Positions 40,201-50,607 of a DNA stretch of 64,000 bases are shown here, in pieces. The stretch spans positions 4,391 to 68,390 of the forward strand of contig NZ_DATBVQ010000060.1 of NCBI RefSeq assembly GCF_036515215.1, given 5' to 3'. The DNA is from Flavobacterium sp. Lineage in GTDB: Bacteria; Bacteroidota; Bacteroidia; Flavobacteriales; Flavobacteriaceae. The position numbers and the translations under genes were made by a program. Below the pieces are notes generated by a model. The model was not told the origin of the DNA and made no database searches. It saw only the letters and a list, made by a program, of their open reading frames with translations. Position 1 is the stretch's first letter; every line of letters starts with the position of its first letter.

Positions 40201-41693
40201 CCGATGAAAGGTTTTTGTTTAGAAACAATACGCTGACCGATTCAAAATTTGGCACCAAGGGAACGCTAAATGGAAATATTGAACATAATAATTTTGCGGA
40301 CTGGAAATTAGACTTATCTGTTGATTCCAAAAGGTTGCTGGTACTCGATACAAAAGATAAAGAAGATGCCGCATACTATGGTACTGCATTTATTGATGGT
40401 AGTGCAACTATTAAAGGCCCCACCAACGGTCTTTTTATTAAGGTAGAGGCAAAATCCGAAAAAGGCACCGAGGTTAAAATACCCATTAATTCCGCCGAGA
40501 GTGTCAGCGAGAACGCTTTTGTGCATTTTTTGACCGAAAAAGAAAAGTACAACATAAAGATGGGAATCGTTGAGGATACCCGAAGATATAAAGGACTCGA
40601 ATTAGAATTCGATCTTGATATCACTCCTGATGCCGAAATTGAAGTGATTTTAGACAGGAATTCAGGGCATGGAATGAAAGGAAAGGGTTTTGGTTCCTTA
40701 TTGCTTAAAATCAACACATTAGGGAAGTTTAATATGTGGGGTGATTTCCAGGCGTATGAAGGAAGCTATAACTTCAAATATGGAGGGCTTATAGACAAGA
40801 AATTTGATGTCAGAAAAGGTGGCTCCATAATATGGGAAGGGAATCCAATGAAAGCGCAATTGAATTTGGAGGCGGTGTATAGAACCATCGCTAACCCTGC
40901 AGTTTTATTGGATAACTCCTCTTTTAACAGGAAAGTGCCAGTGGAAGTGATCATCGGAATTCATGGTGATTTGGCCAGTCCGGAACCTGATTTCAATATC
41001 GAGTTCCCTACGGTCAGTAATGTTTTGAAGTCAGAGATTCAATATAAACTGAATGATAAGGACGTTAGACAAACACAAGCGCTGTATTTATTATCCTCGG
41101 GAGGTTTTTTAAGTTCTGAAGGGGTGAGTCAGTCTGATTTTTCGGGAAGTCTGTTTGAAACGGCTTCGAGTTTATTGGGCGGAATAATCCAGTCGGATAA
41201 TGAAAAGTTTAAGGTCGGACTTAATTACATATCGGCTGATAGAAGGATAGGAAGAGAAACGGACGGTAGATTTGTGGCGACCATTTCTTCGAAAATTAAT
41301 GAAAGGATAACGATAAACGGGAAGGTAGGGGTTCCATTTGGAGGGATAAATGAGTCCGCAATTGTAGGGGATTTAGAAATTCAATACAGGGTAAATGAAG
41401 ACGGAACACTAAACTTGCGTATGTTCAATAGGGAAAACGACATTAATTATATAGGACAGGGAATCGGTTATACTCAAGGAATTGGTGTTTCGTATGAGGT
41501 CGATTTCGATACCTTCAAAGAACTGGTCAACAAAATATTCAAAAACCACATATTAGGTTCTGAAAAAGCGGCTACTGACCAATTTCAAGATTCGAACTTA
41601 GCTCCAGAGTACATTAATTTTTCGCAACCTAAAGGTCCGATGCCTGAAAATCCCAAGAAAAATCAGGAAGCTATAATACCGGAGGAAGACTAG
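37206..41693 (+). CDS. tamB: Translocation/assembly module TamB (AsmA-like, DUF490)
   Basis: About 1500-aa beta-rich protein with N-terminal TM anchor and TamB-like C-terminus (GGSIIWEGNP..A.LNLEAVY). The frame is open upstream of the called TTG 37263; start tentatively ATC 37206. Confidence 0.85.
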   Translation: MKKFVKIIFRVILGLILLLLALGIALSLPFIQTKIAIHFTNSINKDYGTNIAIEGVRVSVFGGVKFKNVLILDHHKDTLIYSKIINTNILEGKKILDGDLIFGNIRLDGLLFNLKTYKGEKETNIDKFINAFNTGKPSGKHFLLKANRAYISNGHFILSDENKKNPKEVDLTRLNASISDFLLYGPAVKTTINRMSFQDHHGLYVVNLSSKFSYTKKSIKLEALDLSTKESKFNGDVFLNYNIEDFSGFTDRVKFDIQINSSKLASNDIRYFYNELGKNQFFTIKASIKGPLNNLNITKLRLVDSNNSQIIGNVNFKNIFGNDEQKFFMDGNFEKISSSYEKLARLLPNVLGKKLPKELKKFGNFILIGNSQLSATELDADFSMDTELGKVQSQLEMKRIDFIDKASYTGNIVLEDFDIGTLLEREDLGKITMNIDVDGIGFTEKYLNTAIKGDVSKIDFKDYTYNNLVLNGNFKAPNYKGQISVNDPNLTMNFDGLLDLSNKDNKYDFHINVENADLHKLKLVKDSVSVFKGDVIAQVSGNTIDNLQGNIYITKTSYQNEKDTYSFDDFNINSSFDQDRVRTITVNSPDIVQGEIVGKFQFDQLGNLVKNSLGSLYTNFKPNKVNKGQFLKFNFTIYNKIIEIFYPEISIGSNTVVKGNIKSDIQEFKVNFNSPQIIASQNTFDNIRVSIDNKNPLYNAYLELDSIKTKYYKIRDFSLINVTMKDTLFFRSEFKGGPQGEDYFNLNLYHTINKKNENVVGINKSEMRFKDYLWYLNENETPNNQIVFDKSFENFNIDDIILSHENQAISLKGTIKDKINKDLKLSFKDVDLFKITPESSGFVFNGNINGAVNFKQNNEVYKPTASLVIDHLNINKTDLGVFKFDIEGDQNLEKFTINSFMENENIESFNAYGNFKIVNKETVLDMNLKLAKFNLGVLSSLGGDVISNIRGLVTGNATIKGNVNKPDISGRLYVDDAGLTIPYLNVDYELADRSVIDLADERFLFRNNTLTDSKFGTKGTLNGNIEHNNFADWKLDLSVDSKRLLVLDTKDKEDAAYYGTAFIDGSATIKGPTNGLFIKVEAKSEKGTEVKIPINSAESVSENAFVHFLTEKEKYNIKMGIVEDTRRYKGLELEFDLDITPDAEIEVILDRNSGHGMKGKGFGSLLLKINTLGKFNMWGDFQAYEGSYNFKYGGLIDKKFDVRKGGSIIWEGNPMKAQLNLEAVYRTIANPAVLLDNSSFNRKVPVEVIIGIHGDLASPEPDFNIEFPTVSNVLKSEIQYKLNDKDVRQTQALYLLSSGGFLSSEGVSQSDFSGSLFETASSLLGGIIQSDNEKFKVGLNYISADRRIGRETDGRFVATISSKINERITINGKVGVPFGGINESAIVGDLEIQYRVNEDGTLNLRMFNRENDINYIGQGIGYTQGIGVSYEVDFDTFKELVNKIFKNHILGSEKAATDQFQDSNLAPEYINFSQPKGPMPENPKKNQEAIIPEED

Positions 41694-41998
41694 CTTATTT
41701 TAGGGATTGATATTATTGCGTAATTTAGCAGCTTGTTAAGTCATTTTAATGTTGCATAGCGCTCGGAATAATCGACGGACTGCCTTTTTTTCTTTCAAAA
41801 AAGACAGCTTACACATACTTCTCCCGTTTTTCATGCTCGCAAAAAAGGAAGTTTGCACACCCAATTCGTATTTTTTAATAGCTGTCGCCAAAATCCAGAG
41901 GTTATTGCCTTGAATTAGTTAATTATCAAATAAAAATTAGAAAAATTAACTTTTGTTAAAAAAAACGGTTCTTTTTTTGATTTTAATAAAACTTATTA

Positions 41999-42012
41999 AC
42001 GAAAACGTTTGA
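41999..42012. promoter_or_regulatory. Putative LacI-family operator upstream of pfkA
   Basis: ACGAAAACGTTTGA with palindromic AAACGTTT core, about 50 nt upstream of TATGTTTG (42062-42069). Confidence 0.45.
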
Positions 42013-42096
42013 ATTTAGTCCGCTTAACTAAATTAGTAAAAACATAACGCTAAAAGTGCAATATGTTTGCTAATTTTACACTTTAACACTTAAATA

Positions 42097-43083
42097 ATGC
42101 CAAAAACAATAAAAAAAGTAGGGGTTCTTACTTCAGGTGGGGATTCGCCCGGAATGAATGCCGCAATTAGGTCGGTCGTTCGAACTTGCGCTTACCATAA
42201 CATAGAATGCATAGGAATTTATAGGGGATATCAGGGAATGATTGAAGGTGACTTCAAAGAAATGGGACCTCGAAGTGTGAATAATATTGTCAATAAAGGC
42301 GGTACGGTTTTAAAGTCGGCTCGTTCTCTTGAATTTAAAACTCCAGAAGGCAGAAAAAAAGCGCACGCACATCTTGTGAAAGCAGGAATAGAAGCTTTGG
42401 TGGTAATTGGAGGAGACGGGACATTTACCGGAGGTATGATCTTTAATGCGGAGTTTGATTTTCCGGTAATGGGAATACCGGGAACTATCGACAATGATAT
42501 ATATGGGACCAGCCATACTTTAGGGTATGATACAGCCTTGAATACGGTGGTGGAAGTGATCGATAAGATTAGAGACACAGCCAGTTCACATAACAGATTG
42601 TTTTTTGTGGAAGTTATGGGTAGAGATGCGGGGCATATTGCTTTGAATGCAGGAATAGGTGCGGGAGCCGAAGAAATTTTAATACCTGAGGAAGATTTAG
42701 GCTTAGAGAGATTACTGGATTCATTACAAAAAAGTAAGGCTTCAGGGAAATCTTCAAGTATCGTGGTAATCGCAGAAGGCGATAAAATTGGTAAAAACGT
42801 ATTTGAATTAAAAGATTACGTAGAGGCAAATTTACCTGAATATGACGTGAGAGTTTCCGTTTTAGGCCATATGCAACGTGGTGGTTCCCCGTCTTGTTTT
42901 GATAGGGTTCTGGCCAGTAGGTTAGGTGTGAAGGCGGTCGAGTCATTATTAGAAGGAAAATCAAATTATATGGTTGGTTTGCAAAATGATAAGGTGACAT
43001 TGACGCCGCTGGAACAAGCAATAAAAGGTAAAACTGAAATTGATAGAGAATTATTGAGAGTTTCGGACATAATGTCAACATAA
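42097..43083 (+). CDS. pfkA: ATP-dependent 6-phosphofructokinase
   Basis: TSGGDSPGMN, GGDGT, PGTIDND, EVMGR, LGHMQRGG. Confidence 0.97.
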   Translation: MPKTIKKVGVLTSGGDSPGMNAAIRSVVRTCAYHNIECIGIYRGYQGMIEGDFKEMGPRSVNNIVNKGGTVLKSARSLEFKTPEGRKKAHAHLVKAGIEALVVIGGDGTFTGGMIFNAEFDFPVMGIPGTIDNDIYGTSHTLGYDTALNTVVEVIDKIRDTASSHNRLFFVEVMGRDAGHIALNAGIGAGAEEILIPEEDLGLERLLDSLQKSKASGKSSSIVVIAEGDKIGKNVFELKDYVEANLPEYDVRVSVLGHMQRGGSPSCFDRVLASRLGVKAVESLLEGKSNYMVGLQNDKVTLTPLEQAIKGKTEIDRELLRVSDIMST

Positions 43084-43138
43084 AAAGAAATTGAAGTTTA
43101 TTGTGAGGAAATTAGACTTTGAATAAGTTAAACAATAA

Positions 43139-44158
<1,020 letters not shown>

Positions 44159-44172
44159 CAGAATATTTTTAC

Positions 44173-44215
44173 AAAATCCCGTTATTATTTTATTTTAACG
44201 GGATTTTATTTTTTT
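44173..44215 (+). terminator. Terminator after gap
   Basis: AAAATCCCGTTA...TAACGGGATTTT plus T run. Confidence 0.8.
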
Positions 44216-44290
44216 ATATTTATATTGTATCGGTTTTAACCATATCGATCTCAGATTGAAAGAGAAACCAAAAACCAAAAACACGAAAAG

Positions 44291-45142
44291 ATGAGATTAA
44301 TAGTTGATAGTGGCTCTACAAAAGCCGATTGGATAGCAATTGATGATAATGGCAAAGTGTTGTTTACGACACAAACATTAGGATTAAATCCTGAGGTACT
44401 TGAATCGGATGAAATTATCGAACGTCTGAACGATCGTTTTGATATTCTACAAAACAAGAAAAACGCAACGCATTTGTTTTTTTATGGTGCGGGCTGCGGA
44501 ACGGATAGAATGAAACTTAACCTGTCGCAAGTTTTTAAAAATTATTTCGAAAATGCGATTGTTTCAGTGGAAGAGGATACTTATGCAGCTGTCTATGCGA
44601 CGACGCCTAAGGGACAAAAAGCGATTGTCAGTATATTAGGAACTGGGTCGAACTGTAGTTATTTTGACGGTAAAGAACTGCAACAAAAAGTGCAATCATT
44701 GGGTTATATTGTGATGGATGATTGTAGCGGTAATGTTTTTGGAAAAGAATTAATCAGAAAATACTATTTCAATAAAATGCCAAAAGAATTGGCAGCACAA
44801 TTTGAAAAAGATTATGATCTAGATCCGGATGCCGTGAAACACAAATTATACAAAGAGCCTAACCCAAATGCGTATTTGGCCACTTTTGCCAAGTTTTTAA
44901 TTCAGCATAAAGACACGGAGTTTTGCAAAAAAATTATTTTTAGGGGAATGAAGTCTTTTGTGAAAAATTATATAAGACAATACGATAATTGCAAGGAAGT
45001 GCCAGTGCATTTTGTAGGTTCTATAGCGTTCTATTTGAAGGATGAGCTGCAACAGACTTTTGACAAATACGATATGAAATTAGGGAACGTGCTACGTCGA
45101 CCAATAGATGGACTAATTGCTTACCATATAGCAAACAAATAA
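44291..45142 (+). CDS. BadF/BadG/BcrA/BcrD-type sugar kinase (GlcNAc/MurNAc kinase-like)
   Basis: DSGSTKADW, FYGAGC, ILGTGSN, SLGYIVMDDCSG, FVGSIA. Confidence 0.82.
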   Translation: MRLIVDSGSTKADWIAIDDNGKVLFTTQTLGLNPEVLESDEIIERLNDRFDILQNKKNATHLFFYGAGCGTDRMKLNLSQVFKNYFENAIVSVEEDTYAAVYATTPKGQKAIVSILGTGSNCSYFDGKELQQKVQSLGYIVMDDCSGNVFGKELIRKYYFNKMPKELAAQFEKDYDLDPDAVKHKLYKEPNPNAYLATFAKFLIQHKDTEFCKKIIFRGMKSFVKNYIRQYDNCKEVPVHFVGSIAFYLKDELQQTFDKYDMKLGNVLRRPIDGLIAYHIANK

Positions 45143-45170
45143 TTTGTAATGTTTGTGTTGGCGATACTAA

Positions 45171-45551
45171 TTAAAGTATCGCGATCATAGAAATTTCTAC
45201 ATTTACATTCTTTGGCAAGCATGCCACTTGAACCGTTTCACGTGCTGGAGCGGTTTTCTCGTTGAAATAGGAAGCGTAGACCGTATTTATATTGCCGAAA
45301 TCATTCATGTCCATGATGAATATGGTCGTTTTGACCACGTTTTCAAAGGTCATTCCCGCTTCATCCAATACCGCTTTCATGTTTTGCATTACTTGTTGCG
45401 TTTCAGCTTCGATATTATCTGTCACTAATGCTCCCGTTTCTGGGTTTAGGGCAATCTGTCCTGAAGTGTAAAGCGTGTTCCCTTTAAGGACAGCCTGGTT
45501 GTAAGGACCAATAGGAGCGGGGGCTTTCTCGGTAAAAATTATCTTTTTCAT
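45171..45551 (-). CDS. ridA: RidA family enamine/imine deaminase
   Basis: APAPIGPYNQA, SGQI, PARETVQV, VEI. Confidence 0.9.
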   Translation of the reverse strand: MKKIIFTEKAPAPIGPYNQAVLKGNTLYTSGQIALNPETGALVTDNIEAETQQVMQNMKAVLDEAGMTFENVVKTTIFIMDMNDFGNINTVYASYFNEKTAPARETVQVACLPKNVNVEISMIAIL

Positions 45552-45612
45552 GCTGCAAAGGATTATATGGTAAAATTATGTTTAAATATTAAAGATGTGA
45601 AAATAATTGGAA

Positions 45613-48366
45613 TTAACGAGTTGTGTTTGTACTTCGTTTTTCCCATTTGATATCACTTAAGACACCTGATTTGATTCCAATAAAGAAGCCCCAATTGGCA
45701 TTTGTTCCAAATGGAGTCCAATTAAAATCCATTCTCCAACTCAATAGATCGCGTTCGAAACGCAATTGGGTGAAGGTTACACCGTTCTGTACGAAATCAT
45801 AACCGGTTGATATTCCTGCTTTCCATTTGGGCGTCAAATCAGCATTGGCGGAAATCATTATCGAGTTTCCGATAATTTTATTCTCCCTATTGTTGTTCCC
45901 ATAGGTTAAGGAATAGGCAAATGTCATATCCCAAGGCAGCTTAGAATTGAAAAACGCTGCTATTTTGTCTTCACCCTCTTCTTCACTTCCGTCAAACTGG
46001 CTTTTCGTATTGTCATTTACCACCGTATTTTTTCCGAAAAGATCATCCTCACGTCCACCGTTTCGTTGACCTTGAACATTTTTATCTTCCTTGGCTCCGT
46101 CTTTTTCCGAGCTCGAAAGGGAATAATTCAAAGTCATATTGGCACTCGTCATCCTAAAGAGACTCCCCCCATTATCAATATTGAAGAGATTAATTCTTTT
46201 TCCAGAATTGTCAATGGCGTAGGGGTCCAAGGTTGCCCCAAAATTGACATTCATTTTATTGTCCAATAGCTGAGTTCCGCCGCTAACCCTGATTGGCGAC
46301 CAAGCAAGCGCAGTTACTCCGTCTGCGTCCAAATTATAACTGCTTGATAAATTAAAGTTATTGAGCAGCATAATTTTTTTAGCCTCGACTTTGGTGCTGT
46401 CTTTGTCTGTTACTTTAGCTTCAAAAGTATTGCTCAAGTCAAACCCCAATGTGTTCGAATTGTTTAAACCTGGAGCGCCAAAAATCCCTTTTTCAAAACG
46501 TGAATATTGTTTAATTGTAGTTCCGCTGGCATCCAAAGCATAGGTGTCATAATATTTTTCGAAACTTGGGGTGTAACCGTAGGAAACGGATGGTCGCATG
46601 ACGTGTCTGATAGATTGAATTTTTTTGCCTTCGCCAAAATTAAACGTACCGTAAATGGTGGTTCCCACGCTGGATGAAAAAGAGTAGGTTCTATAAGCAT
46701 CAAAACCATTTACGGTTTTGTCCACTACTTTACTTTGGTCGGCATCATAATTTCTCTCAATTGTTTTGGCATACCATACTTCCTCGTAGTTTAAAGAAGA
46801 AGACGCGCTAAAATATTTAAACAATTTAAAATTGGTGCTTAAAGGGATGGAGTGTTGTACACCCAGCTGGGCATCTCTAAACATTTGCGGTTTAAAGAAT
46901 AGTGAGTCTGTAGTAGTTATGGTATTTCTGCCGCTTAGATTATATTGTAAATTTAGATTCTTGATGAAACCTTTTTTAACCCCGTCTTTTCCTACGAAAG
47001 GATAAATGCGATCCACACTAAGCTGAAGTGTAGGCAATGTCATGTTAATTACTTCCGTTTGTGTGTTTTGCGAATGTGTTGCAGACAATGACATTCTAAC
47101 TTGTGGTACGGAATTAAATGTTTTTGAATAAGAAATGGACGAGTTTAAAGTATTATTGAGATTTGAACCAATATTCGCCTGGTTTATGGATTGTTTAAAG
47201 TATTTACTGCTTCCAAGATTCACGGAGGCCGAAAAACTGGAATTAGGGTTCGCTTTGGAATCCCTGGAATGGGACCACTGTAAATTATAGATTTTTTGTT
47301 TTAGATAATCGGGATAACCCCTCTCACTGGTTATCAAGTTTTCGAACCTGAAATTTAGATTGCCTCGGTAGCTGTATCTTTTTGCATAAGATGATTCAAA
47401 ACGCATCCCGTAACTCCCATTGGTATAGTAGTCTCCCGATACGGTTAAATCGTAATGATCGTTTAAAGCAAAATAGTAGCCTCCGTTTTGTAGCGAAAAC
47501 CCCCTAAGATTGGAGTCATTATAACTGGGTAATATCAATCCTGAAATATTAGTCTCTTTACTCATTGGAAAATAAGCGAAGGGCAGCGCTATTGGGGTTG
47601 GAACGTTTGCGATGACCATGTTGGTTAAACCCGTGACCACTTTTTTGCCCGGAATAAATTTTACTTTATCGGTTTGGAAATAATATTCAGGATTATCGAT
47701 GTTTTTTGAAGTGGTAAATCGAGCGCCTTTTAGAAAGTAAACGGAATCATTCTCCTTTTTTGTGATTTCGGCTTTGATTTTAAATTCCCCTTGATCAGAC
47801 CGTGAATTCCAAATTAAGGCTTTTTTTGTCTTGAAATTAAATCGAATAGAGTCTGGCTCCACCACATTCTCCCCTTGCTTGAAGTTGGGGTATTGGGTGT
47901 ATTTACCTGTGGAATCTTTTATTCTTCCGGCATAGACTTCATTTTTTTCATAATCCATCACTATTATTCCTGCCTTCAATTCAATGTCTTGATAATATAG
48001 CTCTGCCTTATCGTAGAGGGTAATGAGTTTTTTCTTTTGATCAATGCGGGCATATTGCTCGGCCTTGTATTTTACTTTTCCGTCAAGAAACACTTTGGCG
48101 GGTCTTATGCTATCTTTTTTTATGATGGTATCGGCTTGTGTTTTGGTGTCTACTGTCTCTTTCCTTTCAGCATTAACGATAGATGAGGATGTAACCGCTT
48201 CTTTTTTATTGGGTATGGCGGTCGTTTTTTTTGATATATCTTGGGAATATAAATTTCCATATCCCATTGTTATGAAAAATGATAGTAAAACGATATTAAA
48301 TAAGTTTGTCTGCAAAGGTTTAAATGCTATTTTTGTAAAATTATGGCTTGTTTTTTGAAGTGTCAA
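45613..48366 (-). CDS. lptD: Putative LPS assembly protein LptD
   Basis: N-terminal beta-jellyroll-like region (LYDKAELYYQDIELKAG) and large beta-barrel of the Bacteroidota LptD type; TTG start. Confidence 0.8.
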   Translation of the reverse strand: MTLQKTSHNFTKIAFKPLQTNLFNIVLLSFFITMGYGNLYSQDISKKTTAIPNKKEAVTSSSIVNAERKETVDTKTQADTIIKKDSIRPAKVFLDGKVKYKAEQYARIDQKKKLITLYDKAELYYQDIELKAGIIVMDYEKNEVYAGRIKDSTGKYTQYPNFKQGENVVEPDSIRFNFKTKKALIWNSRSDQGEFKIKAEITKKENDSVYFLKGARFTTSKNIDNPEYYFQTDKVKFIPGKKVVTGLTNMVIANVPTPIALPFAYFPMSKETNISGLILPSYNDSNLRGFSLQNGGYYFALNDHYDLTVSGDYYTNGSYGMRFESSYAKRYSYRGNLNFRFENLITSERGYPDYLKQKIYNLQWSHSRDSKANPNSSFSASVNLGSSKYFKQSINQANIGSNLNNTLNSSISYSKTFNSVPQVRMSLSATHSQNTQTEVINMTLPTLQLSVDRIYPFVGKDGVKKGFIKNLNLQYNLSGRNTITTTDSLFFKPQMFRDAQLGVQHSIPLSTNFKLFKYFSASSSLNYEEVWYAKTIERNYDADQSKVVDKTVNGFDAYRTYSFSSSVGTTIYGTFNFGEGKKIQSIRHVMRPSVSYGYTPSFEKYYDTYALDASGTTIKQYSRFEKGIFGAPGLNNSNTLGFDLSNTFEAKVTDKDSTKVEAKKIMLLNNFNLSSSYNLDADGVTALAWSPIRVSGGTQLLDNKMNVNFGATLDPYAIDNSGKRINLFNIDNGGSLFRMTSANMTLNYSLSSSEKDGAKEDKNVQGQRNGGREDDLFGKNTVVNDNTKSQFDGSEEEGEDKIAAFFNSKLPWDMTFAYSLTYGNNNRENKIIGNSIMISANADLTPKWKAGISTGYDFVQNGVTFTQLRFERDLLSWRMDFNWTPFGTNANWGFFIGIKSGVLSDIKWEKRSTNTTR

Positions 48367-48448
48367 ACTTACATATTATTTTTTGTCAAAAATAATCAAA
48401 TAAAATTTTTTATAGCCTTAGTATTTTAATTAAATTAACCTTAGAATT

Positions 48449-49591
48449 ATGCTCATATTAAATAAAATTAAAGTGTCACTTACTTTTTTTCTAATTACGA
48501 TCTCTTTTGTAACTTATGGTCAAACCAACAACTTTAAAGTAACCTTAGATGCAGGCCATGGCGCCCATGATTTTGGCGCTGTGTATAATGGGCACGTCGA
48601 AAAAAACATTGCTTTAGCGGTTGTGTTAAAAGTGGGCAAACTATTGGAGGCTAACTCTAAGGTTGATGTTACTTATACCAGGAAAACGGACGTGTTTATT
48701 GACTTAGTTGAAAGAGCCAATATTGCAAACAGGGCTGATGCCAATATTTTTGTTTCGATTCATTGCAATGCAAATCGAAATACTGCTGCTGATGGTACGG
48801 AAACCTACGTAATGGGTATGAATAAGGTCGCGTCTAATTTAGAGGCCGCCAAAAAGGAGAATTCCGTAATTACATTGGAGAAAGATTACAAACGCAAATA
48901 TGAAGGTTTCGATCCAAACTCCCCGGAAACCATGATAGGGTTGACTTTGATGCAGGAAGAATATCTCGACAACAGTATATCGTTGGCAAGTAAAATAGAA
49001 AATTCATTTGAGGCACTAGGAAAAAAAATAAGGGGAGGTGGTGTGAAACAAGCTCCGTTTATGGTGCTTCACAAAGCATATATGCCAAGAGTCTTAATAG
49101 AAATGGGATTTATTTCTAACTATACTGAGGGGAATCTGTTAGATTCAGAATCTGGGCAAATTGAAATAGCGACAGCAATTGCGAGCGCAATCATCAGTTA
49201 TAAAAACGAATATTATGGCACTGGGGCTGTCGAAACCTATGAAGTAAGGCCATCCCAAAAAAATGTAGAAAATAACAGTAGGGAAGTTTCAACCTCGGTT
49301 GAGTCTAAAAAGCCAATAGCCAAGCAAGACAGTTCCGATGTTCTGTTTAAAGTGCAAATTTCAGCAAGCGGAAGAAAAATGGAACTGAGCCCAAGAAATT
49401 TCAGGGGACTAAGAAGCATATCGATGGACTACGACAACAATGTATACAAATACATGTACGGTGAGACTTCTGATTATACGGAATCAATGCGTTTATTGGA
49501 GGAGGCAAAAGCAAAAGGCTATGATTCTGCTTTTTTGATTGCCTTCAAAAACGGGAGAAAGATTAGTATTCAAGAAGCAATAAAATTATAG
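48449..49591 (+). CDS. N-acetylmuramoyl-L-alanine amidase (Amidase_3) with SPOR-like C-terminus
   Basis: LDAGHG, EKNIAL, SIHCNA, LIEMGF; C-terminal FKVQI...AKAKGYDSAF. Confidence 0.92.
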   Translation: MLILNKIKVSLTFFLITISFVTYGQTNNFKVTLDAGHGAHDFGAVYNGHVEKNIALAVVLKVGKLLEANSKVDVTYTRKTDVFIDLVERANIANRADANIFVSIHCNANRNTAADGTETYVMGMNKVASNLEAAKKENSVITLEKDYKRKYEGFDPNSPETMIGLTLMQEEYLDNSISLASKIENSFEALGKKIRGGGVKQAPFMVLHKAYMPRVLIEMGFISNYTEGNLLDSESGQIEIATAIASAIISYKNEYYGTGAVETYEVRPSQKNVENNSREVSTSVESKKPIAKQDSSDVLFKVQISASGRKMELSPRNFRGLRSISMDYDNNVYKYMYGETSDYTESMRLLEEAKAKGYDSAFLIAFKNGRKISIQEAIKL

Positions 49592-49635
49592 CAAGTTCAT
49601 TATTTTATATTAAATTTGTCAAAAATACTTACATT

Positions 49636-50601
49636 TTGAAATTAACGAGAGAAATAAAAACAGCAATTTTAGTAATTGCGTCGATATTATTATTTATTTG
49701 GGGGTACAGTTTCTTAAAAGGAAGAGACCTTTTCAGCAGCTACAAAACATTTTACGTAGAATATCAAACCGTCGAAGGTTTAGCAACAGCTGCTCCGGTA
49801 ACTCTAAACGGATTGGTTATAGGTAAAGTTAACAATATCACCATTGAGAAAAATACTGGCAAGTTAGTAGTTGAACTTCAGATAAAAACCGATTTTCCAA
49901 TTTCAAAATCTAGTGTTGCAATTATATATGAGCCAGGTTTCATTGGAGGAAAACAAATTGCGATTGAGCCTAATTTTAACGATCAATCGGTGTCAGAAGA
50001 TGGGCAAAGATTAAAAGGGGAAATTAGATTGGGACTTACAGAAACTGTGGGTGATAAGTTAGCGCCCATTCAAGAAAAATTAGAAAAGATAATGGCTAAC
50101 GCCGATGTTCTGATTACAGGGGTCAATAACGTCTTAGATAAGAAAGCCCAGGAAGATTTAAGAAAAAGCCTAAGTGAATTGAGTTTTACTATGGAACAGT
50201 TCCATAAAGCTTCTTTGAGCATGAATAGCATCTTGGATGATAATAAAGCTCAAATAAAAGGAGTTGTAACCAACTTCAGTAAAATTTCAGACGATTTTTC
50301 AAAAATTTCCGATTCATTAAATAAAGCCGACCTAGGAAAAACGGTAAAAAACCTGAATGAAACATTAGCTAAAGTTGATGGTATAATGAACGGTTTGAAA
50401 TCCGGAAATGGAACAATGGGTAAATTGTTGAATGACGATGCTTTGTATAATAATTTAGATAAAACCTCCAAAGAGTTAGAACTTTTACTTCAAGACGTCA
50501 GACTTCATCCTACAAGATATATAAACATTTCTGTTTTCGGGAAAAAGGACAAGCCGTACAAAGCGCCAGTTAGCGATTCAATTTCACAAAACAAAAACTA
50601 A
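49636..50601 (+). CDS. MlaD/MCE family protein
   Basis: N-terminal TM, GL...APVTLNGLVIGKV, helical extension, GTMGKLLNDDALY; TTG start; own -7 element TAAATTTG at 49611. Confidence 0.88.
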   Translation: MKLTREIKTAILVIASILLFIWGYSFLKGRDLFSSYKTFYVEYQTVEGLATAAPVTLNGLVIGKVNNITIEKNTGKLVVELQIKTDFPISKSSVAIIYEPGFIGGKQIAIEPNFNDQSVSEDGQRLKGEIRLGLTETVGDKLAPIQEKLEKIMANADVLITGVNNVLDKKAQEDLRKSLSELSFTMEQFHKASLSMNSILDDNKAQIKGVVTNFSKISDDFSKISDSLNKADLGKTVKNLNETLAKVDGIMNGLKSGNGTMGKLLNDDALYNNLDKTSKELELLLQDVRLHPTRYINISVFGKKDKPYKAPVSDSISQNKN

Positions 50602-50607
50602 ATTTTA